NCBI GenBank assembly: GCA_012026655.1
Contig: JAAILG010000224.1
Location: forward strand, 1 to 64,000
Source: Hydrolagus affinis
Lineage: Eukaryota
Direction of reading: 5' to 3'
DNA length: 64,000 bases
Below are positions 49,361 to 63,968 of the stretch, piece by piece. The notes below the pieces were generated by a model. The model saw only the letters and a list, made by a program, of their open reading frames with translations. It searched no databases and was not told where the DNA came from. Made by a program: the position numbers and the translations under genes. Each line of letters begins with the position of its first letter. Position 1 is the stretch's first letter.

Positions 49361-50059
49361 TTAAGAGTTCAAAACTGGTTTAAAATGTAAGGTAAATTAT
49401 AAATGAGCTCTTATTTACACTTCATTATACTCACAAACAGGATGAGTTTTAAAGGGTACAATTTTAGGTGTTATTAATGATTGGTGTGTGACGAGGAGAA
49501 CCCAGTAAAACAGCATGGTAAAGAACAAGCAGCTGTCCTAGACAGTGAGCAAGGTGGAACAAATACCTTATCTCAGCAAGAAGTGCAAGAAATGAATACA
49601 ACAGCAAACCAAGCCAGCGGGGAAGAATAGTACAGAAGTGATTGAGGAAGTAAATTTGATGCATACAAAGAACAGTACATTTTTCTGAGCCATAGCACAA
49701 ACAGGAAACCTGGGAGCGTTCATTAAACAGATACTTTTTGAGATGGAGATATTATTTCAAATGTTGCAATATTTCAGATGGATGAGAGAGTTTTAGAAAT
49801 ATGGGAACATACAGGACTCACGACCACACTACCAGTTACTAGAAATATGGGTTGAGATATATGAAAAGAAAGCAGGCGTAGGTGGGTTAGGAATAATAAA
49901 AAAGGCTCAATGGGCTGTCCAGTTTAGCCTGTCCTAAAAAAAATATTGTTTTTGTGATTTTAGATAAAATTGGATGACTGAATAAACACAAATACTGCAC
50001 CACCAAAAAGCGTTGGATTCCAGTGGATATAACTCAACAATAAGGATTGAGTTGTAGAA

Positions 50060-50560
50060 GTGATAACCTTTGCAGGAATCCAATAAATTATAGGCAGCTT
50101 AAAAAATGGCAAACATCCAGGAATACTCGAGCTTGAACCAATATATTTGAGATTACGCAGTGAGAACAAAATCTATTGGGTACATAAAATTAGGAAAAGC
50201 TCAAGTTCAGAGTAAATGCCCACACGTTGTTCGAGCGTGATCATGGCTTCACTACTTGAAATAAACCCTCCCAAGTTAACTGAAAGGTAACAATTATAAG
50301 GGATCAGTCTTCTTAGTGAACTAAGGAAAGTGTATGGTAGCACTTTAGAAATACAAGTCCAAACAAAATTACACAAGATAAGCTATGGAGGGAACAGTGT
50401 GGATTTAGGAGTAACAAGGGATATGAAAACTCCTCTTAAACAGGATATAGAAAAACATGTAAAATATGTAGAGTTCAGCTTTGTGGATTTAGAAAAAGCT
50501 TTCGATAGAGCTCACTGGGATAAACTTTTTTACTCTTTCATCAAATTGCAGAATGAAAGT
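50060..50560 (+). mobile_element. Decayed RTE-like LINE reverse transcriptase fragment
   Basis: LKNGKHPG, GISLLSELRKVY, LKQDIEK and FVDLEKAFDR..WDKLF occur in the expected RT order. Confidence 0.8.
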
Positions 50561-52026
50561 CTAACCACTATCTGGAACATAAATGGTCTTTGAAACTCAA
50601 GCAAAACCTTGTATATATATCACATTGTGCATGTATTTAGGTGTGTATCTATGTTTCTAAGAATCTATATTTGAAGAGTCCCCTAATACGGATGGAAAAG
50701 ATTGAAACAAAGAATGCATTGCTGAATAAGAAATGAACATTAGTGTTACTCTGAACTTAAAAAAGTTTCAAGCCTCACTCAGAAATGTTTAAAATTAGTG
50801 AGCCTTTCAGTGGAACATACGAGATCTTCGACTAGACTTCAAGGGGCCTCGTGGGAGAGAGAGAGCCCAGTGTAAACTCATAATCATGCATTTGCACTGA
50901 AAATTACACTACTCACACCACTTCCTGCAGAAGTCCGGCTCCGGCTACCTAATTCAATTTCCATTTTTACTGCACATTTGGAAGTAAAGCACCATTATAT
51001 TACAGCGGTTTATCGTCAAAGTCACAGTGTACATGTAGTATTCGTACACACAGTAATCTAATGGGTCAGAAACTGGTAGGTGAGAATAAATCTAAAATGT
51101 CTTAACATTTAGGACAATGATATTCATAGGGTAGGGGAGAGGCATGTATCTACAGTTCTTGGTTGTCTAATGGTTTGGAATCGATCCATAACCCTTAGTG
51201 GTCTCTGAAACCTCCACGCATTACAATATTTGTTCCCAAATGTCTGTGTTTACAATTTGTTTGCTTGAATTCACCTAAATATCCATCTCTGATGCCATTC
51301 CTCTCTATCTACTGTCAATTGCCATGTACATTATACAAAACAAAAAGGCTGAAATCAGCTACACACTGTGTGGAGTGAAAGTAGGCGAGGAACATTGGTG
51401 ATGTATTAATAATGAGGATATCAGGAAAGAATTTCATGTCAATTTAGTCAATGTTAAAGACTGAGTTTTTAGTGGTAGGGTGAAGTAAAGGATTTACTAA
51501 TGAGCTATTGCTGAAAAGAAATGGGAAGGCTAATAAGACAAGGAACAGACACTGGAAAAGTCCACATAAAAGATTTATGGATTGTGCAGGACAAATATCT
51601 GGGCAAGTATGAAGATGTGGAGGGAATAACAGAACATCAAACACATACGCTTACACAGAGCTCTGCTATTCTCTTATCTTGTCACTCAGGTCAAGTGTCT
51701 GATGTGAAGGAGGGGTTTTTGAGTTCAGTTCAAGCTATCCATGCTATACAGTATATTATTTTTAATTTGATGGAGTTTATGAGCACCAGCTACATAACAT
51801 TTTAAATTAGTTTAATGTGATTTTTCTGTGTCTATTTTAGATATCAAATTTGATTTAATTTCCCAAACTCTCAAATATTTAGATGCGAAACAATCACTCG
51901 TCAGGGCAGACAAGTAACGATATGCTGATTTTCCATCTAGAAGCTATTTTTTCAGAAGCTTGCCAAATCTGCAGTGAATGCTGAGCGCATGCAGCGTAAA
52001 ACAAGAGTAAGCTAAAAGAATCTAAC

Positions 52027-52200
52027 CTGCTCTCTTCCCACTCAGCATTGAGAGTGGGAAAGGTGCCCCTGGAATCTGCTGCAAATCTGTAAACCACTAG
52101 CAGGCAGTCTTTGCAAAGCTGCACCAGTCTGTGACAACATTGTAGTTCCTGAGAAGTGATCACCTCTGTGCTTTTGCTGAAAATTGTTTCCCAGGAGCTC
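52027..52200 (-). CDS. TTLL7: TTLL7 penultimate coding exon
   Basis: 174 nt, caacag/gttaga, phase 2-2; SSWETIFSKSTEVITSQELQCCHRLVQLCKDCLLVVYRFAADSRGTFPTLNAEWEES. Confidence 0.93.
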
Positions 52201-53746
52201 CTGTTGGCATAGAAACAGATATAACCTCATGTATTATCTGTTAAATGTCACGGTGTTACAGACTAGCACTTTAATAGCATTGCAAAAATAACACAGTTCT
52301 AAGAATGGCACTTATGGCAAAACAACGCATGGCTTCAAGCTATTAAAAGCCATTCAGACAATCCAACTCCACAGTGTGTGACCTGAGTTTACAATGCAAT
52401 GCTGACAAATGGACGGATAAAAGTCTGAAAAAGTTAATCCTGATTCATATCCATGGAAAATGCTTTTTTATGACCAATTTTTCTGAACTCTACTTTATTA
52501 AAGCATGGAGAGTAATAATTCTGAACGTGACTTCCAGCCAATCACCAGCCAACATTTTGCAAGTTGGCTGTCTTATATCATCTACACAGATGTGCTTCCT
52601 GCCCTCCTGAAAATAACACATAAGAATGGATAGGACCGAAAAAGGTCATTATAGTCCACCTGAATGATCTTGAAGTTTAAAAAGAATCAAACACTTTGAT
52701 CTGGGTATCCCCCCAAAAATTACCTTTTGTGTTTAAAAATGTTTCCTCTGATGTCTACCTTTTTTGGCAGAAAAAAATGGGACTCTAGAAAACATGGAAA
52801 TATCCTGTTTTTTATTTGGTGAACAGCAAACAATGGTCATTATCGGTCTGTTATATTTCTACAGATTTATTTGTCAAATTGCTATCTAGTTCCTTCCTTT
52901 TTACTTAAGAATTTGTGCAGATTTGAATTCACAACCCACTGGGAAAGCTTATGATTGCAATAAAATGTCACTTTTGTGCCTGTGTACACTATCGCCTCTG
53001 AAGGCACTAAGGATTGTAACATTTCATCCAATGTCTGAATGGTTTGATCAATTGAACAGTGGGGACACCTCAGAAATATCATGGCGAAGTTTAGTAGCTC
53101 AATTGGCACATATGGGTTCTTTTGTTCGCGAGTTTCCAACAAAGTAATTGTAAAGAATTTAATGACAGTGGATGTAAACAGGCCAATTGCTCATTTGTCA
53201 AATGCTGATATAAAATAGTTTTTTATACTGTGGGATTCCTGTCTTTACTGGAAATAAGCTTTTTGCAGAAATTAATTCCTTCAAAGTGCATCTTCACTGG
53301 AACCCTTAAAATCCACATCCGTTTGCTAAATAAAAATATTAATGCATTGCAGATGTCAGAAATGAAGATCCACATTTGCCATGGAACTTCCCTAGATTCT
53401 GTCAGATAAAACCGTCTGAACATTTCTGTCACCATGAGGAGTTTATTTTTAGGTAAAGAAAGACATGCCAGAGTGCTGGCAATTATAAATTAAAGCATCT
53501 GACGCCAGATGAAATTCATTTGGAGGTTTCAGTGTCTGCTCTCAAGCTTTCAGTTAATGGATTTGTTTTAATCATCTTTTAGCTTTAAAAGACCACAGTG
53601 TAATGTGATCTGGGTATAATGGTGGAACGCCATGTAAATCAGAGAGCTGTGTGCAGCCTCTGTTGAAATTTCTCCACTCCCTCCCTGCTATACGTTATAA
53701 GTGAATAGGAAATGAAGGTATTACTACTCTGAAGTCTCAGCTTGGT

Positions 53747-54030
53747 TAATAGTAATAATCCTTGCATTTGATATAGCACTTTTTATGTCTTCTACACACC
53801 TCAAAGCGCTTCACAAAATATACTGTAAAGTAAATTGATTGTATATATGTGGCGAAAAGCGGCAGCCAAATTGCGCACAGCAGTGTCCCATAAACAGTCG
53901 TGGATTGAGTGACCAAATTATTAGGTTTTTTTGAGGGATTATTATCAGGCATGTGGAGTGAGGAAACTTGCCCAAGGTTTCACCCTGCCAGGTCTCTTGC
54001 TTGCAAGGCGAGTGCTCTAACCATTGATCT
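53747..54030 (-). mobile_element. Near full-length SINE in a TTLL7 intron
   Basis: Reverse-complement tail, Deu core and tRNA-Ala head. Confidence 0.9.
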
Positions 54031-54808
54031 TCAGGACACCACTGGTTGTCATGATGAGGCACAGAACTGGGTCCAGGTGACTCCTACACAATATATGATG
54101 GAATAAATGTCCAAAGAGTAAGGAAAGGACCAAAAATAAAGCACTTTTTGATGATTTATCTGCAGATGAACCCCAATATCCTTGTTTTGATTACTGATTG
54201 TCACAATTATTGTGATGGTCCCAGAGTGAGATTATGCCTTACACTCTGATGATTTCTCTGTTTTGGGTAAAAGTGCATCGAAAACCACAATAGCTAATAT
54301 CTCTGTCTCAAAATCAAATTGAATGGCAGAGAAAAATAGACTTCTAATTGAAAGATCGTGAATATTGTGGTATTGTCTGCTTTACGCTTCTAAATTGGTA
54401 ATCACAGCACCTACTAACATAAGAGCCAGTCCAAGCCTGGATAGGTAGCAGCCCTCCCCTCTCCTCCCCATGGGCAACATATCTGAGGAAGTCAGAGGTT
54501 TTTCTAAGGCGCTAATGCAAGATTTCAAAAGAAAGATTGCAAAGGACTTGGTTTTAAGCTTGTCCCCCCCACCCCCACCCACCCACACACAGACATTTTG
54601 TTCAGTTTAATCCAAATAGTTTTATCAAAACATGACAAATTTCCACTGACTGATGCCCGTCATCACATGTATCTGACCTTGAATGGGTTCTATTTTTCTA
54701 GTAAGTATACATGCACCTTAATAATTTTCCCTGTCCAGGCAGACTGCTTCTTGTCGATGCAATGTTTACATGAGGCCCTGGGAACACTGCTATGTCGCTG
54801 ACACCTAC

Positions 54809-54969
54809 CCTGAAGGCGAGAAACAGTTCCATAGTCCTTGCCCATGGCTCCAGAGCAAGCGGTTAAAAACCCGATTAAAGATCCGATATAACCGTAAACT
54901 GTCCACGTCGTGAACGTTCCACACTTGCTGAAAGATGGAGCGGACGTTTGTTCGTACGATGTCCAAAAC
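54809..54969 (-). CDS. TTLL7: TTLL7 coding exon
   Basis: 161 nt, tgtcag/gtaggt, phase 0-2; VLDIVRTNVRSIFQQVWNVHDVDSLRLYRIFNRVFNRLLWSHGQGLWNCFSPS(G) carries the TTLL7 signature LYRIFNRVFNRLLWSxGQGLWNCF. Confidence 0.95.
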
Positions 54970-55649
54970 CTGACAAACAAGTTCAGAAAGACAGCAAAAC
55001 AGTTTAATACTTACAATTAGGTTTGATTATCCTCTCATTAGCATCTCTTCAAGTCTGAGTAAGTATATCATTAACATTAAATCGAGGAATAACATGCCAT
55101 CGCACTTAACCACTCATTTTCAGATTACACACTGCGTACCTAATTAAGTCATCTTACTCAGTTATACAAGCAAAAAGTGTTGATCTTGCTTTTTTTTGTG
55201 TGTGTGCTCATTTTCCCCCTCATTACTGCCAACCCAGTTCTGCATGGGAATGGGTGGAGGTTGGAGCGAATGAATTTTCATACAATGTCTCTCAGATACT
55301 CTCAATATTGTTTACATCAGCACACAAAAGGGGTTCACTTTTTCCTTTCAGAGGGACAGAATTCCTCCCAAAAGTTAGCCTAGGTAGAAAGTAGCCAAGT
55401 AGTCATGGAGGTAGCCTAGCTCGTAGCTCCCAGCAAACACTGGTAAAATCTGATGTATAGGTGACATGCAGGAACAGGGACAAGAGTTGATGGGTGTTGC
55501 CCACACTTGAAAGGAACTGGTGATTTTAGTGAACCATTGCTTGAAAACGTTCTCCTGATGTGAAAGGCACTATCCAAATGTGATCTTCTATTGTCAAACG
55601 TACAGCAGTATAGGACATCTTGGATTTGATTTTCCCAGTTGTATTGGTT

Positions 55650-55950
55650 CTCAGTAGTTTGAAGCCATCAATGTTAAAGTTTATAATTGAAGCAAACTGC
55701 TTTTCTTGTGTGTATGTAAGTGATGGGACAGCAATAGAGTCACAAACATGGCAGCATTGTGCACATGCCTATTTTGATGAGCTGACCGAAGATTTTAGGA
55801 CATTGAGAAGGACAAAATTGAATAAACCCAGGGATTTGTGTAGGCAAAGCTGGCAGGTTTTGGCAATAGAGCAGAGCGATTGCGAGGTCTCAATAGAAGT
55901 TGGAGTTATGGCAGATACTCAGATACTAAGGATCAAATCACAGATAGAGG
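55650..55950 (-). mobile_element. Very old L2-like fragment
   Basis: Purine-rich plus strand; the minus strand has TTTGATCCTTAGT...CATAAC segments resembling the L2 ORF2 D..L.F..HI region. Strongly degraded. Confidence 0.35.
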
Positions 55951-55989
55951 GGAGTGAATCATTTATATATTTTTTTGGTTATCAGAAGT

Positions 55990-56175
55990 TTTATTTTGCC
56001 ACCGCAAAATGTCCCACAAACAGTCATGGATTGAGTGACCAAATTATATATTTTTGAGGGATTATTATTAGGCATGTGGAGTAAGAAAATTTGCCCAAGG
56101 TTTTGCCCTGCCTGGAATCAAATCCTGGTCTCGTTTCTAAGTTGAATGCTCTAATCACTGAGCTACAGGGCTCCA
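55990..56175 (-). mobile_element. SINE 5' half
   Basis: GTCCCACAAACAGTCATGGATTGA...GCTCTAATCACTGAGCTACAGG. Confidence 0.85.
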
Positions 56176-59100
56176 TGTAAATTTAGTGAATACTGTTGTG
56201 ATTCTGTACACTTGTAATTTATCAATGAGTGTACAGTAATCTCTGTTGTTTCTATGGATAGAGAAAAACTTGCCATTGGCTTACTTAAATAATCAATGCT
56301 TGAGCACTGCTAATGCATGTACAGTACAGTAAAACTCTAAATCCGTTATTATGTCCAACATACTTATCAGTGATTCAGTAATAGACTCCTTTTGTGAAGG
56401 GCGTTTGTTTCAAACGATCAAAGCTGGTTTTGGTGGCGTTGCTGCTGTCCATACAAGTATAGTGTTGTAGGATTTAACCCCATGGCCTCCACACTTGCAA
56501 TGTTATTCTGAGCTACCTGTTGGGCTGAGAACTGGATTTTTCTCTTTGTACTTGATATGGAATTGCACTCAACCAAATGGGGAAATGAATACCTTGTGTA
56601 ATTAGAATCTGTTTGCTGTGAGTGGCTTCAGTTTTCAGTGATGTGTGTACGCAGGCAGAACTGCAATATTCTCTGCACACTTCCAGCGGCATATATAAAT
56701 ATATGTATATATATATATTGCGATTTGATATTAATATTGAGGAACACTGCAAAACTAGAAAATACTCAAATCTTTGCTGGATGATATTTCAATGTCATGT
56801 TATGTACCCTCTTTACCAGAATCGCCCAATCTAAGAATAAGTCCAATCTTTCCCACACTGAAGAGACAGATGAACAAATTTGTAGATTGTATGATGTTCA
56901 ATATTCTGAGAAATTATTTTTTCCTATGTTCACTGTGAAACAGCATGCGACAGACAAACAAACACTGAAATATAAGTGCACTTTGTAAATGTTAAGGTAC
57001 AGCCAATATCCCTTCCATAGCAGTGGTGGTGCAGTTGAGTATTTGAATAGGCTTCACTCCTGCTTTTGAGAGTTGGGATTTGCTGCACCAGAGCTTGGAA
57101 ACGCAAAGTTTTCTCCTCCAAGTGCATTACTGTACATAATCCTCAGATCTACTGTATTTCCCAGAAATCAGCGATAAACTTGCACTCCTAATGTCACACT
57201 TATTAATGTTTCAGCATAAATGTCAGCACACATGCACCGCACCGAAACAACAGCAGTGAGCCCAAAACAATAAAAAAAAGGCCCATAACACAAACAATAT
57301 TAAAAAGCAATAGATACCCAAGGTGATTTCGAGGCAGTAATCAAATCCTGGAGTTCAAATGATGGTTATAAAATTCTCAAACTTCGCTCTGGTGGTTTAT
57401 GATGCAACCTGATAGTCTTTTGATTAGATTACAGTCTTGTGGTCACTCCCAGCTATCCATTATTCTTTCCTTTATGTGGCACAGCTAACGTTCTACGTCT
57501 TGGTGGTCATTTTACAACCTCCGTATATCAGCGTATAATGAACACAGGCCGGGGAAGTGGGCCATCGCATTAGTTTTGCTTTCTCTCTCTATCCCTTTGA
57601 AGGGGAGACGGGAGGGGAAATGAGATGGCAATATAGGCAGTCACGCACCTGTTTTTGCTTTGGAGAGAAACCAGTTTTGACATTGTTTCATAATGTTACG
57701 TTTTTGAAACATAATCAATAAAGGAAAAATTACTATGAGTGGCTTCGGTTCAGTATGTACGTACTTGAAGCACCCTAGCTTGTTAAACTGCATCAGTTCC
57801 CCCAATGCATGTTCTGGATTCTCTAAGCCTGAGCGCTTGCCAACCTGCAACTAAATGACCTAATTGTGATAAGTTGGCATGCAGGGTACCTGGCTGCCAA
57901 AACAGAGGAAAAACCGGAAGTTGTTCTGTTGTTGTTGTTCACTTAAAGTGCTACTTTTGGTGATATTCAATGGCCCCACTGTTAATCAGTCGGGATGCAA
58001 CATCTGAAGCAGCACTGTGCGTTTTATTCACAATTTATATTCAACATTGCAGGACCGATCACTTCACTCTATGAACAGCTGTTCTTCCAAGATATTTCAC
58101 AAGATGATAAAAGCCCTTTGACTTCAGACAGCTCAACAATAGACCAGGGAATCTGCAGGCAGTGTCCATTAAATATATCCAGTCCTTACTGCCACAGGAG
58201 TTCCCGTTAGCCATGGAAATCAAGAGTTCTACTTGCACAACCTTCCGTGTTCTCGATACCATTTCAACAGCATATTAAACTTTACTAGCTCCTATACAGC
58301 TTCCAGATGTTGCACTCAGGAAGCTAAGCAACTTGTACGCAGACCTTGTCTGCTTTGCAGTGAACCAGAACTGATGCCTGGTTAATATCCTCATAAAAAT
58401 GTGCCCCATGGCCTTTATCTTTGTTTAAGGGGCATTGTCATTCTGCTGGAGTGGGTGGGGAGGTGAACAATTACATTACAGTAACATTTTAAAACATCCT
58501 AACCTCTTACCGATACCGGGAAGAGAATCCTCTTAGGCAACAGCCAGTGTTCGCTGCATCTTTCTGCATGATATAGTTTCAACATGTGCGATCTTACAAT
58601 GTTTTAACTTAGAAAATACAGCTGTTCTGTTCTAGCAAACTGTCGAGTCCACCAAGATGGTAATTTCTTCACGCTGAGCGTATGGAGAGTGTTTATTTAT
58701 TGCCATTTTCTGATCTACCAAAATGTAAACTGGATAGTAAGAGTGTCTGAAATGCAGGCTGGACAAAAGTATGGGATGGGCTAAAATCGGCATTGCCCCT
58801 CTCATAAGGATTACAAAATCATCTTTTTACTGGTGGTTAATTTCATAATTCAGGGCACTATCTACAATTGGATATGGTTACTCTGTGGGCTATCAGACCA
58901 ACCCACATATGTTATAAATGTAGCTATATCAAAGTGTTTATTCTGCAAATCCTGTCATATCCACAAGTGGTGGTCAGCGCCCTGAGATATCCTCCCGACG
59001 TGAAAGAGGCTACACAGGTATAATTTTATTGTATTGTCTGACCCAAAGAACCAATAAGAAGAAGTTGAGTGAGCTTTCACTTTACAGAAAGCTGATGAAT

Positions 59101-59974
59101 GCATGGTGGTAAATATTGCACACACTCCAGTACCATAGGCCTACTGACACACTGGAATAAAAGCAGAAATGCGCAGCAGGTCAGTTAGCATCCGACAACT
59201 AACACACAAAACGAAAGGCTGATCTACAGAAAGCAAGGCAAACAGGGAGAAACAAAGTGGTGAGCCCTGGGTAGACTTTATACAGTGCGGGAGATTCACA
59301 AAGCAATGACTCCGTGGCTGTGACATATGACGTAAATTTACCTTGGCAAATGTTGCCCAGCAGTGCTGGCAGGAGCCTGATATTCCAGCAGTGCATGAAG
59401 GATGGTGAACAAAGAATGGATTTTATCTTTCATTTGACTGGCTGGTTCTATTGTCAACGGGAATTGATGAATGGGCCAGCAATGCTCAACCCCAGCTCAA
59501 TTACTGCACTGAACAGACTCTCTGACTCCAGTAACATAGAGTGCTGTGAAATGGGTTCCTGGAAATTAACCCTTCCCTGGAAGTTATAGTGGATAATATG
59601 AATAGTTTTGTCCTAAAATAGGCAATCATAATTCCAGCGAGACTTGCAAATCCACTGAGGGAGGATGCTGTCAGTACAACAACAAAATTACATTTGTGTA
59701 GCGCCTTTCATGTCGGGAGCACTCTAAGTAATAGTGATATGTGGGACAGAGAATGGGTGAACTGTTCGTGAACTATCTTTATGTTTAAAAAAAAGACAAA
59801 CATGGTGTCTGAGGTGATAATTTCCAGGGTGTTGTGCTGTTCCGATCAATATTGAAAACATGCGTAAACTCCTTTGACTTTCACTGAGAATTAACGGGGA
59901 ATTTCAGGGCAGGTAACAGCATGTTTTCTTTACCCATCCCCAACCCCATCTCGCGTCTGAAACAATGACTGTCC

Positions 59975-60041
59975 AGTGCCTTGGGACGTCCTCCTGACGT
60001 GAAAGGCGCTATACAAGTGTAATTTTGTTGTTCTTGTTGTT
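59975..60041 (+). mobile_element. Solo L2 3' tail unit (representative of about a dozen copies)
   Basis: GTGCCTTGGGACGTCCTCCTGACGTGAAAGGCGCTATACAAGTGTAATTTTGTTGTT. Similar units near 6010, 6380, 13645, 35030, 55550, 58980, 59676(-) and 60706. Confidence 0.85.
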
Positions 60042-62016
60042 ACCCGGGAAGGATGAGTAACGACTGGTTGCCAGGAAGAAAGGTTGAGGCCAGGCACTGG
60101 ATTTGTTTTAAAAAAAAACAGCTTGATGCTGTAATGGGTGGACAGTACAGTTGGTATTGTGGAAGAATAAAATCAGATGGACCAAAGAGTATCTTTCAGC
60201 CAAACTAATCCGAGTGCTCCAGATCGCTACCTCGAGTGAAGCGCGCTGTATAAATGCAAGACATTGATCCTAATCTGAACAGGGATTCAGCTAAAATAAC
60301 AGAGGATGTTCTCCCAACTTTACCAACAAAATCTTGTACACCACTGCTGCAGTCAACCAACGTATTTAGCAGACAAAACTGTTGAGGTTAAACTGGTTGC
60401 TTTTTGTGAGTGGCAGAATTCACCGTAAAGGTGAAAGGCATTAAAACAACTAGGTGTCTACTGCCAAATGTTCACGGACAGTCAAGACTAAACTGACTTG
60501 CACTTCAAATGAACCATTAGCTCATTATAAAGAAAACTGACATTAACCGTTCAAAAATATATCATGAAACATAAAAGAATTGATATTCAGGCTGTTGGTT
60601 ATAACATAAGTATTTCAATGTTTATGTATTCCCTCTGTACTCCTCCACTATGACCATAGTCATTTTATATTGCTAACTACAGAAAGAACAGATTTCCACT
60701 ATTGATCCTGATGTGAAAGGCGCTATATAAATGTAATTTGATGTTGTTGTACAGTGTTGCTCCCGAGCACGTGGATGGCACTATCAATCCTCTGAACTGC
60801 CTGTTCCTTAAAAACTGATTAATAGTGTCCACCACAAACAGAGAAAACTTCCCATCAATAACTGCTTGACTGGAAATCAATTACTTCAAGCCAAAGAACA
60901 CTTGTGACACCGAGGGACCTAATTTGACTGCACTTAGGCATTCTGTACCCTGATGTCAGTCGCTGGGTTGCTTATTTTCATAAACTTTTTCTGCACACGT
61001 TGTCTGTATTTATTCTACAGACAGACTGGTGATCTCACTGCCTGCAGGCACACATGTGAAAATCCAACCTCATCATTCACACATGTAAAGGGCTGGCAGG
61101 CTTCCAGAATCCCTTTAAAGACATGCTTTTGGCTCTACATGAAGCTTAATCTTACAGACAAAGAGAGCATCTCTCCAACCACAGCCGGTTCCAGGTGTTT
61201 TCTCAGTCACACGAAAAAATGTCATAACTCACTCTCTCCGGCGTGCTCCTGGGTTGCACATTATGTGCGAGTCTTTCACACATAAGCAGAAGCTGCTGGA
61301 AGTTTGTGTCCCTGGGGAGATAACCTGTTTTTTTTTGTGTGAATACACTGTGCAGCAGGGGATAATGAATCGACAAATTAACCCCAATGTCAAGCTCACA
61401 GAGCTTGCCAGTGTTTTCTAACAAAAGCAAGTTTAAAAATAACTTGCATCTATTTACTGATGGTTAAAACGTGGAATCACAGGAATCTACGGAGTAAATG
61501 GAATATTTTTGCATTTGCAATATTAACTGAACAGATTATTTCATATCAAAATCCTGTGTCAGACTCGCAGTTAAGATGTCATCTGCGGCAATCAACGGTG
61601 CCAGTATTATTGATTTACAGGGCGCTCACAAAATCCTATTACCCCACCCCCTGTTTTTCTCTTAAAATGATTAATTTTTATTTTCTGTTGCAGATGAGTC
61701 GAGTGTAACATTGTGTAATCCCAGTGTCTTCCTCGTCACTCACTCCATCCATATTGCAGAAGATGTTGCACCAAACAAGGTGACAAATTATTATCTGCCC
61801 ATGAAAATGCCATGGTGCTCATACTGATCCTCTCGACGTCTAAATACAGTTAAAACACTTGTACTGAATTACAATGAAGTATTTTTAAATACGATTGTCA
61901 TCGTTCTTCCACACGTTTCAGTTGTTGGTCAATGCACTGTGTGTGTGTGTGTAAAAAAACAAATTGGGGGTAACAGGACTTCGCAAACACCCTGTAAAAA
62001 GAAAATAGTGACTTAC

Positions 62017-62097
62017 CTTACGCTGCTTGATGGAATCCAGTTTGACCAGCCAGTACGAAGCTACTTTTGATTTGTGATACTTCCAGTTGTCCAATAT
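62017..62097 (-). CDS. TTLL7: TTLL7 coding exon (most 5' exon found; gene continues beyond the window)
   Basis: 81 nt, ctacag/gtaagt, phase 0-0; ILDNWKYHKSKVASYWLVKLDSIKQRK joins in frame to VLDIV. Confidence 0.95.
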
Positions 62098-63555
62098 CTG
62101 TAGAAGGAGTAAGGAAAGTTACAGTCGAGAACAAGTTGAGACAAAGCAAAAACAGGTTAACTGTTAAAATAATGATTGGGAGAAAAGTTACAAAAGTACA
62201 CAAAATGCTCTTATATCTTACAAATTAAACTTTGTCTTGATTGTAAGGTAATCAAAACTTTACTTTCATTCTTTTAGAAATAATTCAGGAATGAGGATAG
62301 CCTTGGGCATTTGGATATGTTTTTAATCACAATGCCCGATCTCTGTAAAAAATGTCCCAGAGTGCAGTCAAGCTGCTCTGACTAGCAGTAAAATGGACTG
62401 TAAAAGTGCTCCTGCTAAAATAAAGTACCACCACTTGATTAAATCAATGTCCCAGGTATAATGTACCAGCTCTAATCTCCCAGCCACCTAATTCTCGTGT
62501 GTACACAGCAGTTAAATTTGAGGTGGTAAAGTCAATGTTTAATTCCAACCGCTTCCTTCCCCGCAGATCCACACTCCTCCTTCACCGATCCTCTCGGAGA
62601 CATGATTGAGCTGGAACCCCTCTGATTAGAATCAACACACACCACCCGACAATTCAGCTGAGAGAAGACGCTTGGGGATAATTTTAAGTGGCTGTTCTAT
62701 TCTTATTTAAAAGGTAATTTAAGAACTGGTAGTTTAAGAGTTCAGAGAGTGAATTTGCAATGGATAAATTTCATTAATAAATTTCAATTTGCTATGCAAC
62801 CTGCCTTTTACTGCAGTTTCGGTGCAAAACAAATGGTGCATTTCGCTGAACAGCAGAGGTTATTTATTTAGCTATCAGGTGTATTTCTCCTACACACATA
62901 CACAATTTACAAAACACTGCCATTATTGCCTGCCTGCACTAACTACTGTGTTATTAAGAAACATTACCACGTTGGTGTTATTTCTGGGATATTGGTCGCA
63001 GAATTACAGACAATTAACAAAATGGTGCTCACATAAATTACTATGTTCAGAGATTTTGTTTTACTATTTGATTAGTAAGTTGACTGTTTTATTCTTTTCC
63101 CTCTATGTTTCCGTTCAGTCAAGCAGCATCCTTTGCTAAGAGATGGACAGCCACCTGTTCCCAGGGCTCTGGCAATCATTCCATTCTCCAGATAACTGCA
63201 CGGTGGAGATATTCTGCCAATTTTCTTTCCCCCACTGACAAATGAGAGTGGGATCACACTGTGTCCAGAACCTGGGGTATAAATCCACATGTTACCACTC
63301 AATGTATGGTGGTTCACTGGACCATGCTGCTCTGTTATATGCACTTTGAATTACCCATATTCCAAGCGTTGGAATTAATGCAAAGCTAACCCAGCTCAAT
63401 TGTTCTTTTGCTATACTATAAATCACTGTTCAAAGTCTGACATTATCAACCAAGTAAACATTCCAGACCAGTAAAGAATGCCTTTCCTTCTTAATGAAAC
63501 CCAGAAAAAACACCACATATACAACATTATTTGAGCTGAAGGCCAAATGCTTAAT

Positions 63556-63968
63556 ACAACAACAACAAAAACAACTTAAATTTATATAGCACCATCCAAG
63601 CCGGACGGCGTCTCAGAGCGCTTCACAGTAGCGGATCTCGGGACCGAGCCAGGGGCAGGGGTAGAAAGGTGACCAAAGGCGCGGTCGAAGAGAAAGGTCT
63701 TTAGCTGTGACCTGAAACTGGGAAGAGAGGGGGCGAAGCGAAGGTAGTGAGGAAAGGAATTCCAGAGCCTTGGGGCATGGTGGCTGAAGGCACGGCCACC
63801 GAGGGTGGAGCGGAGGATTCGGGGGACATAGAGGAGGCCAGACCCGGTGGAGCGAAGGAAGCGGGTGCTGGTTTGGGGAGAGAGGAGATCAGAGAGGTAA
63901 GGGGGTGCAGAGGAGTCGAGGGACTTGAAAACAAGGGTGAGGATCTTGAAGTCGATCCTCTCAGCTAA
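63556..63968 (-). mobile_element. Young 5'-truncated L2 LINE
   Basis: Open ORF2 C-terminus RIDFKILTLVFKSL..APPYLSDLL..LRS..GGRAFSHHAPRLWNSFP..FRSQLKTFLF, (TTG)n tail and retained CpGs. Confidence 0.95.

Noticed and set aside
51894-52026. Extension of ORF 51894-52163 beyond the exon
   Set aside because: TTLL7 similarity ends at the AG|gttaga donor; the rest is intron read-through.
54690-54980. 96-aa minus-strand ORF in the track
   Set aside because: Wrong frame of the TTLL7 exon 54809-54969.
62100-63550. Next upstream TTLL7 exon
   Set aside because: No segment encoding the expected preceding peptide with a phase-0 donor was found; it probably lies beyond the window.
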